Shown: positions 13,255 through 24,482 of the stretch, piece after piece
Numbering within the stretch: position 1 is the first letter of the stretch
How the letters are laid out: every line of letters starts with the position of its first letter
From: Lepidodermella squamata
Lineage: Eukaryota; Animalia; Gastrotricha
Length of the DNA: 64,000 nucleotides
Assembly: GCA_047495785.1 (NCBI GenBank)
Contig: JBLDXI010000045.1
Coordinates: 682,001-746,000, forward strand
Direction of reading: 5' to 3'
Position numbers and translations under genes: made by a program
The notes under the pieces: model-generated
The model's input: only the letters and a program-made list of their open reading frames with translations
Told to the model about the DNA's origin: nothing
The model's database searches: none

Positions 13255-14479
13255 GTAGGTCGGTCGCCTTGCTGCTCTCGCCAAAAACCAGCAGATTAAA
13301 CTCACGAGACAAATAAAACAGCGGACAAAACATACAGATTATACACAGAATTATACGAAACACTATGCGATGAATCACGCTGAGTTTGAATAAAGCGATA
13401 CAGTGCCTCCGAAGGTGGTTATGCTGATGATGATGATGATAAACTTATTATTCTGTGCGTGGATTCTTTTCATTGGATTAACTTTGAAAATTTGATTGGA
13501 TGCCTGAATTCTGATTGTATGTGAATGAAACAGATGATCTTATATTACATTGCGTTTTTCTACTAAAAATTTCGAAAACAATTACTTATCGCTTGTGTTG
13601 ATCATTCAATCTTCAACTTTTTCTCGTCTTCTCTTGCTGTATTAAAATTGCGTTGTCACTCTAAATTGTAGCCATAGAGCCTGGTGAATTGCACTGTGAT
13701 TTTTTCTCGAGAAAACTGGTACATAGTACTGCATTAATTTAGCGTCCATCTGGTCATCGAAAAACTACCGAGTCCCGCGTGTTAATTCGAACTTGTACGG
13801 TGCAGCATTGTAACGTTTTTATAATTCTCCAACACAAATATTAGCTAGCCATACACGGATAGCAAAGAGAGCCGTCCTCCATCCATGCGTTCTATTACTT
13901 ATTCACCAGAATAAAGCTTAAGGAAACAACAGCCGATGTGATTTTTGTTTCTTTTTCGTCAAACACGGCTTTATACCTGTATCCTTGTACTATGTAGCTC
14001 ACCTTTAGTTAACCGATGCTATGATGTCTACCTACCTAATCTTGTGCTGTCTGTTCCTAAATACTTTTATCCCTGGCTCTTTGAGAAAATAAAAAGACAG
14101 CAGTCGCGTCTTTAAGTTTGCAGTCGTTTTGTAGTAAATTGGATAGCTGAACACTTCGAATATGGCCAGGTAGGGAATTTTAGAAACATACCGGACCTGC
14201 GAACTGCGTGGAAGCCAAAATGGGCCCGTTCTACCGCTATCCGAACGGTTTTCTCAAGAGCGAAAACTGAGAAGGATCATAAGAAAGCAACCTTCTAAGG
14301 CTCGTTCAGGGTGAGTGAATCTGAAAGCCGCAAATGAGCCAATCACTCTGATACATTTGCAAAATACTATACCAGCAAAACGACATTAAACATGTTAATA
14401 TAGTAGTTCCTTGGGTTTTCACCATGCTGTCATTAGTCCAGCTTGGTAAATTTGAAAATGCATCTTTTCCCAGGTCTGG

Positions 14480-14690
14480 CATGTGAAAGATTTTATTTGT
14501 CTGCCCTCCGTCTCAAAGACGCTCGCGGCGCGATAACCGGAGCCACATAACTATAAAATTGGTTCGTTAGTTTTTCTGCGTGTAAACCGTCTACCGTTGA
14601 CGTATTTTGAGACCGGTACCGACATGGAAAGCGCCCTGTCGACCGGACCTTTTCCAACGCTCCGATTATCGGGTTATGGTATTCGATCAA
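14480..14690 (-). pseudogene. Possible decayed Kunitz-domain duplicate
   Basis: STGRFPC echoes SDTGRFPC of the adjacent gene. An acceptor ttttatag|TTA TGT GGC gives LCGSGYRAASVFETEG at the same intron position as the GCG/ECG exons. Other cysteines are missing. Confidence 0.35.
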
Positions 14691-14867
14691 TCCGGATCGT
14701 GACTTATGAAATTGTCAAGCATAAAACATACTCAAGTTTTTCCGTCCAGATTTTATTTAATATCCTTCAAGTATCCCAACGAATAAGGCTTCATAGATAG
14801 AATAAAGCGATCACAGAAAAAATAGATTTTTCTAGTGGCCAATGTTCGGCTTGATGGATATTCGTTA

Positions 14868-15413
14868 TTACATACAGGTACTAATGCATTCTTCACGCGT
14901 TGCAAATGCAACCAAAGGGCCACATTCCTGATAAAATTAAGAATGTAAGAGATTTTCAGCAAAATTTACTTGATAAAGAACAACTTACGTAATAGTAAGA
15001 CTTGCATATCTTCTCGTCTAGATCGTAATAATAGCCTTTTCGTGGACAGGGGAATCTACCAGTGTCCGAGCATCGCGGAATTACGGGAAAGCCTTTGAGA
15101 CAAAGCCTAGGTTTGACACACTTCCGTTCGCATTCACTCTTCCTCTTGTAAATATTAACTCTTGGACCACATCCCTAGGAGAGTAAAGGTGAAAAACAAG
15201 TTTGCTGCTTCAATGATTTTACTAAAATGGACTTACGTAATTGTAGACTTCACACTGATTGGTCTCAGCGTTATAAGTGAACATCTCTCGGACTTTTGTA
15301 CCTTCGGCACATTTCGCTCGAGGAGGCTCAAGGAGACAGGTGTCTTGTGCTGTATCAGCGTAGCTATAGCCAATGAAGCTGGCGATCAGTAGTGGAAAAA
15401 ACAATTGCATCAT
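14868..15413 (-). CDS. Secreted two-domain Kunitz/BPTI-like protein
   Basis: Signal peptide MMQLFFPLLIASFIGYSYA. Exons 15413-15237, 15174-14989, 14927-14868 give C..C..FTYNAETNQCEVYNY-GCG..NIY..ECERKC and a second domain YYYDLDEKICKSYYY-ECG..FATREECISTC*. Confidence 0.88.
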
Positions 15414-16359
15414 GAAAGCTTTGATTGAAGAAATGATTTCTTTGTAATTAAAAGGCGATATATATATTATATTGCACATGGGAACACATGTATTTTCAAA
15501 AGCACGCGCCTGTGGTTAACCGCTACGCAGTTAGAATGTTTGTTTTGATTTCTGGGCGTAACTCTAAGCCAATTTTAACATCTTAAATTATTCAGCTGAT
15601 TTAAAATTCTTGAAATTCTTGATGATAAAATATTCTACCAGCACTACCTACCTGGGAATACTCTTATCAGTAAGATGCTTTCGGGAAATATCCTAGGCTT
15701 TTACCTCACAAAACTCCAACATGATACCGTTGAATAGCTTGTATCAGGGGGCAGTTATCAGAAAACAAAGTTTCCATTGATCACGCCTGTTCACAGCGGG
15801 TAATTCCGGACGCTGTTTTGCATCTTGCATCATGAGTTTTCAGTTTCTATCGACCCTTGGGTACAATTTCGATAAAATACGTAGGTATTTGTGCATCCGC
15901 ATTTTTATTCAGTCCAAAATCACCCGATTTTCACGTGAACTTCAGGTGAATGCACTGCAAAAACAAATCGTTGAATCTTCCTTTTCTTTCGATAACTCTC
16001 GAAAACAACGCAATCTGGATGCCCATGCCTAATTTCGCCCTGAAATGATAGGGAGATACGAAGGATGCGACGCCAAAGTCACTCGATTTTGGAGAAGTGA
16101 CCTAGCAGGTTGTAATAGCTTTTTACCGTTCAGCCCTGAGGAAAAACGTTAACGCAAATAGGTAATTCGAGACTGAATTCTTATTTTAATCAAATTCACA
16201 TTGGCTTTATTACTCCCTCGTAACCGGATAGTAACCGTGCGTATTATAAACAAAAAATGGTTCAGTTTTGCTTCTCCGACAGAAGGTATCCATACCATTT
16301 TCATAAATAATAGCAATAACAAATACAAAGATGAAAGCTAATTCGGTTTAACAAAACTA

Positions 16360-17137
16360 TTATTTTTCTCCAATATTTTGCTGTGATGGCGTCGGGTCGG
16401 TGACTGTAGGGCCGCGCTTAAGAACGATCTGCTCGGCAAATTTCAGTTTTTCATCGAAAGAACCCATCGATCGAGCTCGATCTCTGATTTGGCGATGAGC
16501 ACGGGCCGCTCGGCGAGACAAAATATCACCGCCAGCCATATTATCGCTCTCCAGCGTATCTCGGCCGTCAACTTCAAGTAATTTCGTGCGATCGCGATGA
16601 GTCAGCCAAAAAGTGAAGAAAATACCGAGACCCATTGTTATACAAAACGCGGTCAGGAGATTTCGCCCAGTTCGGCCACTGTGAGAATAATCGGCTTGAC
16701 TTGGAAAACCGTACATGCTAATAAAAAAAACAAATATTTGAGTCCACCTTGTATTATAAAAAATTGAAATTCATTGAAAATTGAAAAATCCACCTTAAAT
16801 ACAAAATTTTTTGAAAAATTGAAAAATCTATTTACTTGTGAATTTCTTGTTTTGTCGCTGGCCTCGATGTAGTAGGATTCACTGGATTCGGTCGCCATAT
16901 TACTCGATCAAGTTGAAGGTCATAAAGCCTCCGATCTTCGACTTTACTGAGGACAGTGTAAGCGACATTTATTTGCTTTGATCGTTCCACGTCACCACCC
17001 GGTTTGTCAGGATGGTGTTCCTTCGACAGTTTTACGAACGCCTTCTTGATATCTTCCTGCGAGCTATCCGGTCTGATACCCAGCACCTCATAGTGGGTCT
17101 TATCCGAATCGTGCTTCACCCATTCGCGACGGCTCAT
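16360..17137 (-). CDS. J-domain protein with C-terminal TM helix (DNAJC4-like)
   Basis: THYEVLG..IKKAFVKLSKEHHPDK..AYTVLS..RRLYD (HPD motif). Intron 16835-16718. The second exon has the hydrophobic segment LLTAFCITMGLGIFFTFWL. Confidence 0.85.
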
Positions 17138-17466
17138 TTTTTATCAAGTGTCATCTACTGAGAGTGAAAAGAGGTCAGGTCGCAACATTATTTTATAAAA
17201 CAAAGGTCTTTGTTAGTTCAGACACCGAAGAAACATTGGTCATCGACTTTTTATTAATTGTTCGGCCTTAATAACAATAATTTACTAATTTCATAATAAT
17301 ATTGCATGAAGCTTTGCCCGAAGCTTTACATCATAACACCGATTTGTATTTATATACACAGAAAATTAAGGAACAACCTGCTTTTTCATACACAAAAATT
17401 AGCTCACATTTTTATAACTGGAATATCTTTAATGATTTTATTAACAAAATTATCGGAAGTTCATAT

Positions 17467-19971
17467 TCAAGTGAGCTTTTTAGCGCCCAGTTTCAACGGA
17501 CCAGCTGGTTTTCCGGTCGAAGCGGCATTCTTTTCGGCAATCGCTTGCATTGAAAGAGGCCGCCTCGTGCTTGAAGGCGCACTGGCGGTCGGCTTAATCG
17601 CGTTATTAAACGTGTCCTCCTCATCCTCGTTGTTATTCGAATCACCCCAGTCATCACCCCAACCCGCTGCTTCTTTCTTAGCACTAGAAGTAGCAGAAGT
17701 AGAAGTATTAGTGGGTGTCGGTTTTGACGTCGCTGAGGTGGATTGCACGGGTTTCGAAACTGGGGCTGGTTCGTCTAAAGGCAGCCAGTTATCGTCATCG
17801 CCCCAGTTATCTGACGAAGGGACGTTGGAATCGCTCATATTTAAGGAGGAAGACATAGCTAGACGATTTGATTGACCGTTCGATTTCGTTTCAGGCACGT
17901 CTACATCAAAATCATCCCAGCCACCCTCGTCTTCATCCTTATCTTCAACAGGCTCCTTCGGCCGGGGAATAGCAGCTGAAGGAGCGGGTTTTGCCTGGAG
18001 TCCAGGAGAACGTTTATTCTGCTCCGGTTCGACCCGTTTTTGCTCCAGTAATTGAGGACCTTGCTGCTGTTGTTGAAGCTGTTGACCTTGAGCGGCTTGT
18101 TGATCTTGCTGCTTTTGGACTTTAGTCATCAAACTTGACATAGATGAGAAGGCCCAGCCAGCCCAGGACGAAGCTGATTCGGCCAGACCACCACCGGCGA
18201 CTGAAGACGTGCTATTGACATGCTTTTCCAGTTCGGGAATGAGTGAAGGATTTTCAGATGCTTTTTCCAGCTTGTCCAAGAAGCCTTTTATACCTCGAAA
18301 AGCTTGTTGTCGAACAGCCTGGTCAGGGTCGGCCATCAGTGGGCAAATTGCCGGAACAACCCTGGCGGCAGTTTCAGCCAACGAGTAGAATTGAGCTGTT
18401 GCAACTAGGGCTAGAATACTAGCCTGACGAGCGGGGGAAAACGGGTCGCGAAGGCCTCGAGCAAGAGCTGGCGCCAAAACTCGTTGCCTGGTCTGCGGGT
18501 TCAAGCAGGGTGCGATTTTTCCGATACAAACCGTGGTATTAACCCGAACGCCCGGTTGGTCATCCCGACTTTGCAGTCGCGAAAAATGCCGTAATATATC
18601 CTCATTCAAATTCCGGTGATTCAGCTTAGGCGCGAGAGATGCGATTGATTTGACAGTCGCCTCGCGAACAACCGGGTTCACATCGTTGAAGCCGAGCGAC
18701 AAATGCGGGTAGATTTGGTCGTTTACAACAGCCACACTGAGGTGTTCGACATAGTCATCCATTTGAGCCAGCAATTTCACTCGGGTTTGACGGTCGGGCG
18801 ATGCAAATAATTTCACGATACAAGGCACGATTTTCGCTTGATATTCAGTCGATTCAAGTAATTTCCCAATTTTCACCAACGGCCCTAGAATCGCTGGACC
18901 GGAATCGGCGGCGTAATCCAACGCCGAGATTAGTTGAGGAAGTAACTTATAACGCCGCACATCTTCAGGAAATTGATCGAGTTGAGACGGTAGACGTTCT
19001 AAAAATCTTAGTCGCTCCGCGTTATCTTTAAGTTGGATTTCTTCGATGAACAGCATGTTATTGAAAAACGGGCTGTCGAAAAAGCTTCCCTTAGCACTCC
19101 TACAGGCGTCGATAAAAGACTGTGCATTAGGTCGCGCAGATGCGTTTTGAGACGTTAGAGCCAGGTATTGCTCTTTCAAATTTTTCGGAATCCGATCCAC
19201 ATTTTTCAGGCATTGTGGTTTATCGTAAGGAGTCGGGCAGTTGAATATCTCCCAGATCAAACAGCCAAGACCGAATGAGTCAACAGTCCATTTATCAACA
19301 TTTTTCTGTGACACCGGAGGCCAGTACCGTTCAAGTGCAGGAAGTAGATTTTTCGGGCAAACAAAGTCACCATTAGCGGGGCTGGTAAAATCCAAACCGG
19401 CAAGTTTCCAATCACCACTCTTAGTCACGAAGACATTCCAAATGCTAACTGCATTGTGGATCAGTTGACCGCTGTTGTTGAGAAACCAAACAGCTTTCTA
19501 ATAGTTCAGCAGAATGAGACGGGTATTAGTTTTATTTACATGAATATTTACCGATATTTGATATATTCCCCAAGCCAATTGAAAGTCTGCCAGCTGGTTC
19601 CGAGTCAAATAAGACCACAGTGGGACAACATGCTCGGTAACAATGTAAAGAGTTTTGTCAGTTTCCACGCCGTCTTGAAATGATAAAATATATGGGTGTC
19701 TCAATGACTTAAGCCGTTTGTATCCATTTTTAGCAGCGGCAAACTGTGCGAAAAAACTGATTAAATCGAAATTTGAATAGTTAACTCAACTCACATGGAA
19801 ATCCTGACCGGGATTAGCATTTGCAACAAATGCAGAGAATTCGTCTGATGAGCCTTTCTTCTTTGCCGAGTGGAACGACCAAAGGCTGAAATTACTTCGA
19901 GCGCTATCTTGAGCTTCGCTGATTTCATAGTTGAAATCTTTCAAGGGATCTTTCGAGAAAAATCCCCACAT
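17467..19971 (-). CDS. SCYL1: SCY1-like pseudokinase 1 (N-terminal kinase-like)
   Basis: Exons 19971-19795, 19743-19552, 19497-17467. MWGFFSKDP, KRLKSLRHPYIL, GDWKLAGLD, HEAT repeats (DDQPGVRVNTTVCIGKIA, RDPFSPARQAS), and C-terminal GPLKLGAKKLT (COPI-binding dibasic motif). Confidence 0.95.
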
Positions 19972-20209
19972 TATTGACAGATAATATTGCTAAAATACAA
20001 AAAAATGAAATGAAAAGATTTACTTCGATGTGCAAGTAAGGCAATAAATTAGATGGGCGAATCACATCAGTGCCTCCACAACCATTGAGCAAAGTCAAAT
20101 TAACGGGATTACGTCATGAACAATTTGAGTCATCAATATTGCAAATCGAAATGATGATAGAATATGAATGTCTCCAAACCTAACAATTATCGTGAAAGTA
20201 ACGTTGCGT

Positions 20210-20839
20210 TCACTTCTTCGAAGTCCAATACTGGAGGCGATGTTGCAGAGAGTTAGCGGACTGAGAGCCCACGATTATTGCGAGTATGATGACGGCGACA
20301 AGGCATCCGTAATAAGAGAAAGAATTACCAACAGCAGTCACGAAAAAGGTGGACTGAAGACCGAGGAAAAACACGGTGGCCATAAGCAAATACAAGCACA
20401 ACCCTGATAATGTGTGAAGAGTTTTCATGCGATGCATAGGCAGCATAGTAGCGGAAAAAATTCTAGCCGGTAGCAGCAACATGGTTCCAGCCATAATTTG
20501 AACGAAGGTGTAAACCACAGCTAAAAATCCAAGAAAACCATGCCATGAAACAAAGTGCGGCTTTTCGTTTCTCTCCTTGTTCAAATAAATAGAAACGAAA
20601 CCCAAGGCCACGCAAACCAATGCTGCCATTTGAAGCCATAAGTGCCATCGAATCTTCGCAGAGTCGTTACGAGACACGAACAGCGTGCTATGCGAGTTGA
20701 AGATCAAAATAGCTTCCGTGAACAGTCCGGCGAAAGCGACTGTCATAAGAAAAGGATGCCATGAGAAAAGACTCGAACCTGGAACCGACACGTATGTCAA
20801 AAATGCGACAAGGAGCACTACGAGTATATGAGCGACCAT
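20210..20839 (-). CDS. CYB561D2: Cytochrome b561 domain-containing protein (CYB561D2-like); true start probably MVAHIL at 20839
   Basis: PGSSLFSWHPFLM, HLWLQ, KPHFVSWHGFLG and LHTLSG give four heme His in six TM helices. The upstream in-frame extension of the ORF call is not protein-like. Confidence 0.88.
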   Translation of the reverse strand: MVAHILVVLLVAFLTYVSVPGSSLFSWHPFLMTVAFAGLFTEAILIFNSHSTLFVSRNDSAKIRWHLWLQMAALVCVALGFVSIYLNKERNEKPHFVSWHGFLGFLAVVYTFVQIMAGTMLLLPARIFSATMLPMHRMKTLHTLSGLCLYLLMATVFFLGLQSTFFVTAVGNSFSYYGCLVAVIILAIIVGSQSANSLQHRLQYWTSKK

Positions 20840-22109
20840 GTTGATAAAAGAGTTCCAACGCAGAGGAAGCAGAAAGCAGGACCTTCCAAATTCAGAATCT
20901 TGCTGATCACTAAACCTAAGCTTCGCTTCCACTTTAGATAGAATTGTAGCTAACAAATCTAAACAGAAATTAAAAAATATGCGATTCCAGTGAGCAATAA
21001 CATTAGAGGAAAATCTTGTATTTAATGAAACTAGCGCGAAGCTCTTTAGATCCTGCTCTTTAGAAGCAAGCAGGGAAGGGATACGGTCTCGCTTTATGAA
21101 ATCAAAAATATAATTGATTGAACATGGCAAACGTATATTAGTCTACACCGCGAAAGTCTATAAAAAAAGCCGTGAATATTTGTTTACATGCTAGATAAGA
21201 AAACAAACAAACCAACCAGCCCGATGCATGCTAACCCGAAGGCAGACTGGGAAACTCCCGGAGCGATAGCAGTAAGGTTCGAGATCTCAAGGAAGCAAAA
21301 GTTCACGGGCATGTAAATCTCGGTCAAAATAGATTCGAGAGACTAGAATTCCCCTAAGACTACATGTATCGGCAAGCGTTAGCTTCCGGGACCCACTGAT
21401 CATTCTCCACATTAAATTGCAATCCAGAGCAACTCTTCATATGAGAGATGATCTCTACAGCCTGAGACGATTTATTGCGCTAACTTGAACGTCCAATCGT
21501 CAATCGCGAAGTTTAGGAGCCTTTGGAATTCGGAACCCTTGGGGAACCCTCTCTTCAACAAGTTTCAAAAAATTCGCGGCTTTCAATTTTTGCGAATTAC
21601 GGTTACCTGCTGTTTTCCTACTACGACGCATAATACTAATCTACGATTGATTTATTTTCATCAAAGTTTCTGGTTATTTCATATTCTACAGAAATATGGT
21701 AAGTCGAAATTTTTGGTTCGTCATCGAAAGGCGGCTCGCAAAGGAGTGTGCGACCGGGTTTTGCGGCGAGGACGCACGTTCGCGACAGCTGACTTTTTCT
21801 GATTCCGCGTTGAACACCTTGGCTGGGTTCGATCTGAGCCTTATACCCTGAAGCTTATAACCTGGAGCTGTTGGCTGTTTTACCCGAAAATTCGCTGTAA
21901 ATGTTGTCATGCTTTGGGTAGTCGGCGATATCGATTGTAGCGGCTGAAATAGTTTACACGACCCACATAGTATTTTTGCAGTTTTCGCTGTGTTTTGCAG
22001 TTATTTTCTTATGTATTTAGAATATCATTTATATTTGAATATTTCATTTGAAAATGGCCCTGACTTGATACAATCTTGACTTGCCTACCAGATGTGAATC
22101 TTGGTTTAA

Positions 22110-24147
22110 ATGGCAAATTCGGTCAATGGCGCTGACTGGAAATATTCATACGTGATCGCTGTCGTAACTTTATCTTGCTATCTGACAACATCTGTTCTTT
22201 GCGATTCCCCGTTTGGCGATCCAGAGCCGCCGCAGCCTGCCAAGAAGCCTCATCGTTATGATGTCGGTGGTCCCTTCGAAAACATCAGCGCTATTATTCA
22301 GAAGCTCACCGAAGACTATGATATCCGGTTGAGGCCAAATTTCGGAGGCGATGCACTCGAAATAGGCTTTGACATCATTATCGCCAGTTTTGATGCGGTC
22401 TCCGAAGTTAACATGGATTATACCCTTACTCTCTATCTCAATCAATATTGGCGTGACGAGAGATTGTCATTTGGGATGGAGTATGTCAATACTACCCTCA
22501 CGCTCGGTGGTGACTTCGCTGATCTCATTTGGGTAAGTCATCCAAAAGCCTGAGTGTTAGCTTTTTAGTTATTTCTTTTCTTAGGTACCTGATACATTTT
22601 TTGCCAACGATAAAAATTCATTCTTACATGACGTGACGGAGAAAAATAAAGTCGTGAAGCTTCGCGGAGACGGTAGCGTGTCTTATGGTATGAGATTCAC
22701 GACAACTCTCGCTTGTATGCTCAATCTCGAAGACTACCCGATGGATGTACAGAATTGCACCGTCGAGATCGAAAGTTACGGTTATACAATGAGTGAAGTT
22801 AGCATGTATTGGATTGATGGTGACCGAGCGATTCGTGGCATTGACCGCGTGGATCTACCTCAATTTACTCTGACCGATTATCGTACTGTTTCTACTGTCG
22901 AGCGTTTACAGACGGGAGACTATCAACGATTGTCTTTGTCATTCCGACTGCGACGCAACTTGGGTTATTTCATTTTCCAAACCTATCTGCCCTCTATTCT
23001 TATTGTCATGTTGAGCTGGATTTCTTTTTGGATTAATCACGAGGCGACGTCGGCTCGTGTATCTCTAGGAATCACCACCGTTCTTACCATGACAACTATC
23101 AGCACTGCCGTTAGAAGTTCTCTGCCTAGGATTTCTTACGTGAAAGCTATCGATATCTATTTGCTTATGTGCTTTCTATTCGTGTTCTGTGCCCTTATCG
23201 AATTTGCATCTGTCAATTATACTTACTGGGGAGCTAGGACTCGTGAAAGACTTCGTCGGCAGAAAGAACAACGGCGAAGGGCGAGAGCTGCGAGAGAAAT
23301 GGGGTTAGATCGATTTGTGTCATTGGTAGGCCGGCCCGCTCTTAGACGGACAACTGAGAGCAATATTGAAATATCTAAGACGAACGAAGCGAAGCCTGAG
23401 GTGAAGAAACCACTGCCTACTCCGAAGCCAGCAGAAGAGGCCCAAACGTCGTTCGGCCGAAGTGCGGCGCCCGGTCGCAGTGAAAACAGTTCGTCTGACA
23501 GTGATTCTTTGGCAACTGCTTCTGAAGGTGAAATTCGCGGCCCTTGTTTCGAAAAGTTGGTGGTTTCTTGCAAAGGTGGCAACAGATCTTCTTCGAATGT
23601 GGCTGTAACGAGGGAGTCGCCGCTGCCGGCTCTCTCGCCTAGCTCGGACCCGGACGCGATTCAACCAGCTGGCGAATGCGATCGAAGAAGAGAAACAACC
23701 AACACTACCCCACAGCAACAGTCGTCGCGGCATTTCACGAATACAATGTCTCATGACGACGTGCCCTCCGTGCGTATCTGCTCGAGAGTGTACAGCCCCG
23801 GTGCTAATGTCTGCCTGAGATCGCGAAACAGCCGCCGACGACTCCTGCTCTTCCACTCGTCGCCGTCGCAAAAATTCACCCCGCCGGGCCGGGGCTCGAA
23901 TCGCGGACCCCATCGCGCAGCCTCCACCGTCTCGCTTTCGGCCTCCTTCCGGCGGGCCCAGACTATGGCGAAACAATTCGTTTCTGGCAACTTCGACTTT
24001 GTTCCTACTGTTCAAGACGTGTCGAAAATCGACCGGATATCGCGTGTAGTTTTTCCGGCTCTTTTTGTTCTCTTCAATGTAGCCTACTGGTGTCTGTATT
24101 TGTTTGGCGGAATTCGTGGTGGAGATCACGACCACCATTATGGCTGA
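22110..24147 (+). CDS. Cys-loop GABA-gated chloride channel beta subunit (LCCH3/GAB-1 type)
   Basis: Signal peptide, [12 protein letters not shown]|VPDTFF across intron 22533-22584, Cys-loop [16 protein letters not shown]1 [19 protein letters not shown]2 [19 protein letters not shown]3, M4 [10 protein letters not shown]. Confidence 0.95.
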
Positions 24148-24482
24148 AATTTTTATTTTTCTCCATGTTCATATAATCAAAATAACAACGCAATAGGTCT
24201 TGAATAGAATTTTATGTTTCTTTCGTGCTGTCTCTAGTCTCTTATATGAACAACGTCGTAAATCTTCCTTTCTTCGGTTTTTATAGCAGTATTTTTTCGT
24301 TGCGATCTCAGTGCCAATGTTTTCATTTTGCTTATTTTCTACTTTATTGTGTGATTTGCCTGCGACAATATGATCTATGACCGTGGAAAATGATTAGAAA
24401 ATTTTATTTATTCATAAATAATAAAGTCCTTTTACAGCTTGGTGAAATTTTTCTCTTTATTTTTTAGGCTGTTTTTTCATTA

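Noticed and set aside
14183-14310. Exon-like stretch bounded by ttttag and gtgagt
   Set aside because: No partner exons or recognisable product.
20840-21130. N-terminal extension of the CYB561D2 ORF call
   Set aside because: It starts at a non-ATG codon and is not protein-like; family homology begins at MVAHIL (20839).
23223-24138. Long antisense ORFs over the GABA receptor (and similar shadows over XPO1, HECTD1, SCYL1 and CFAP210)
   Set aside because: Shadow ORFs of GC-richer coding sequence without domain signatures.
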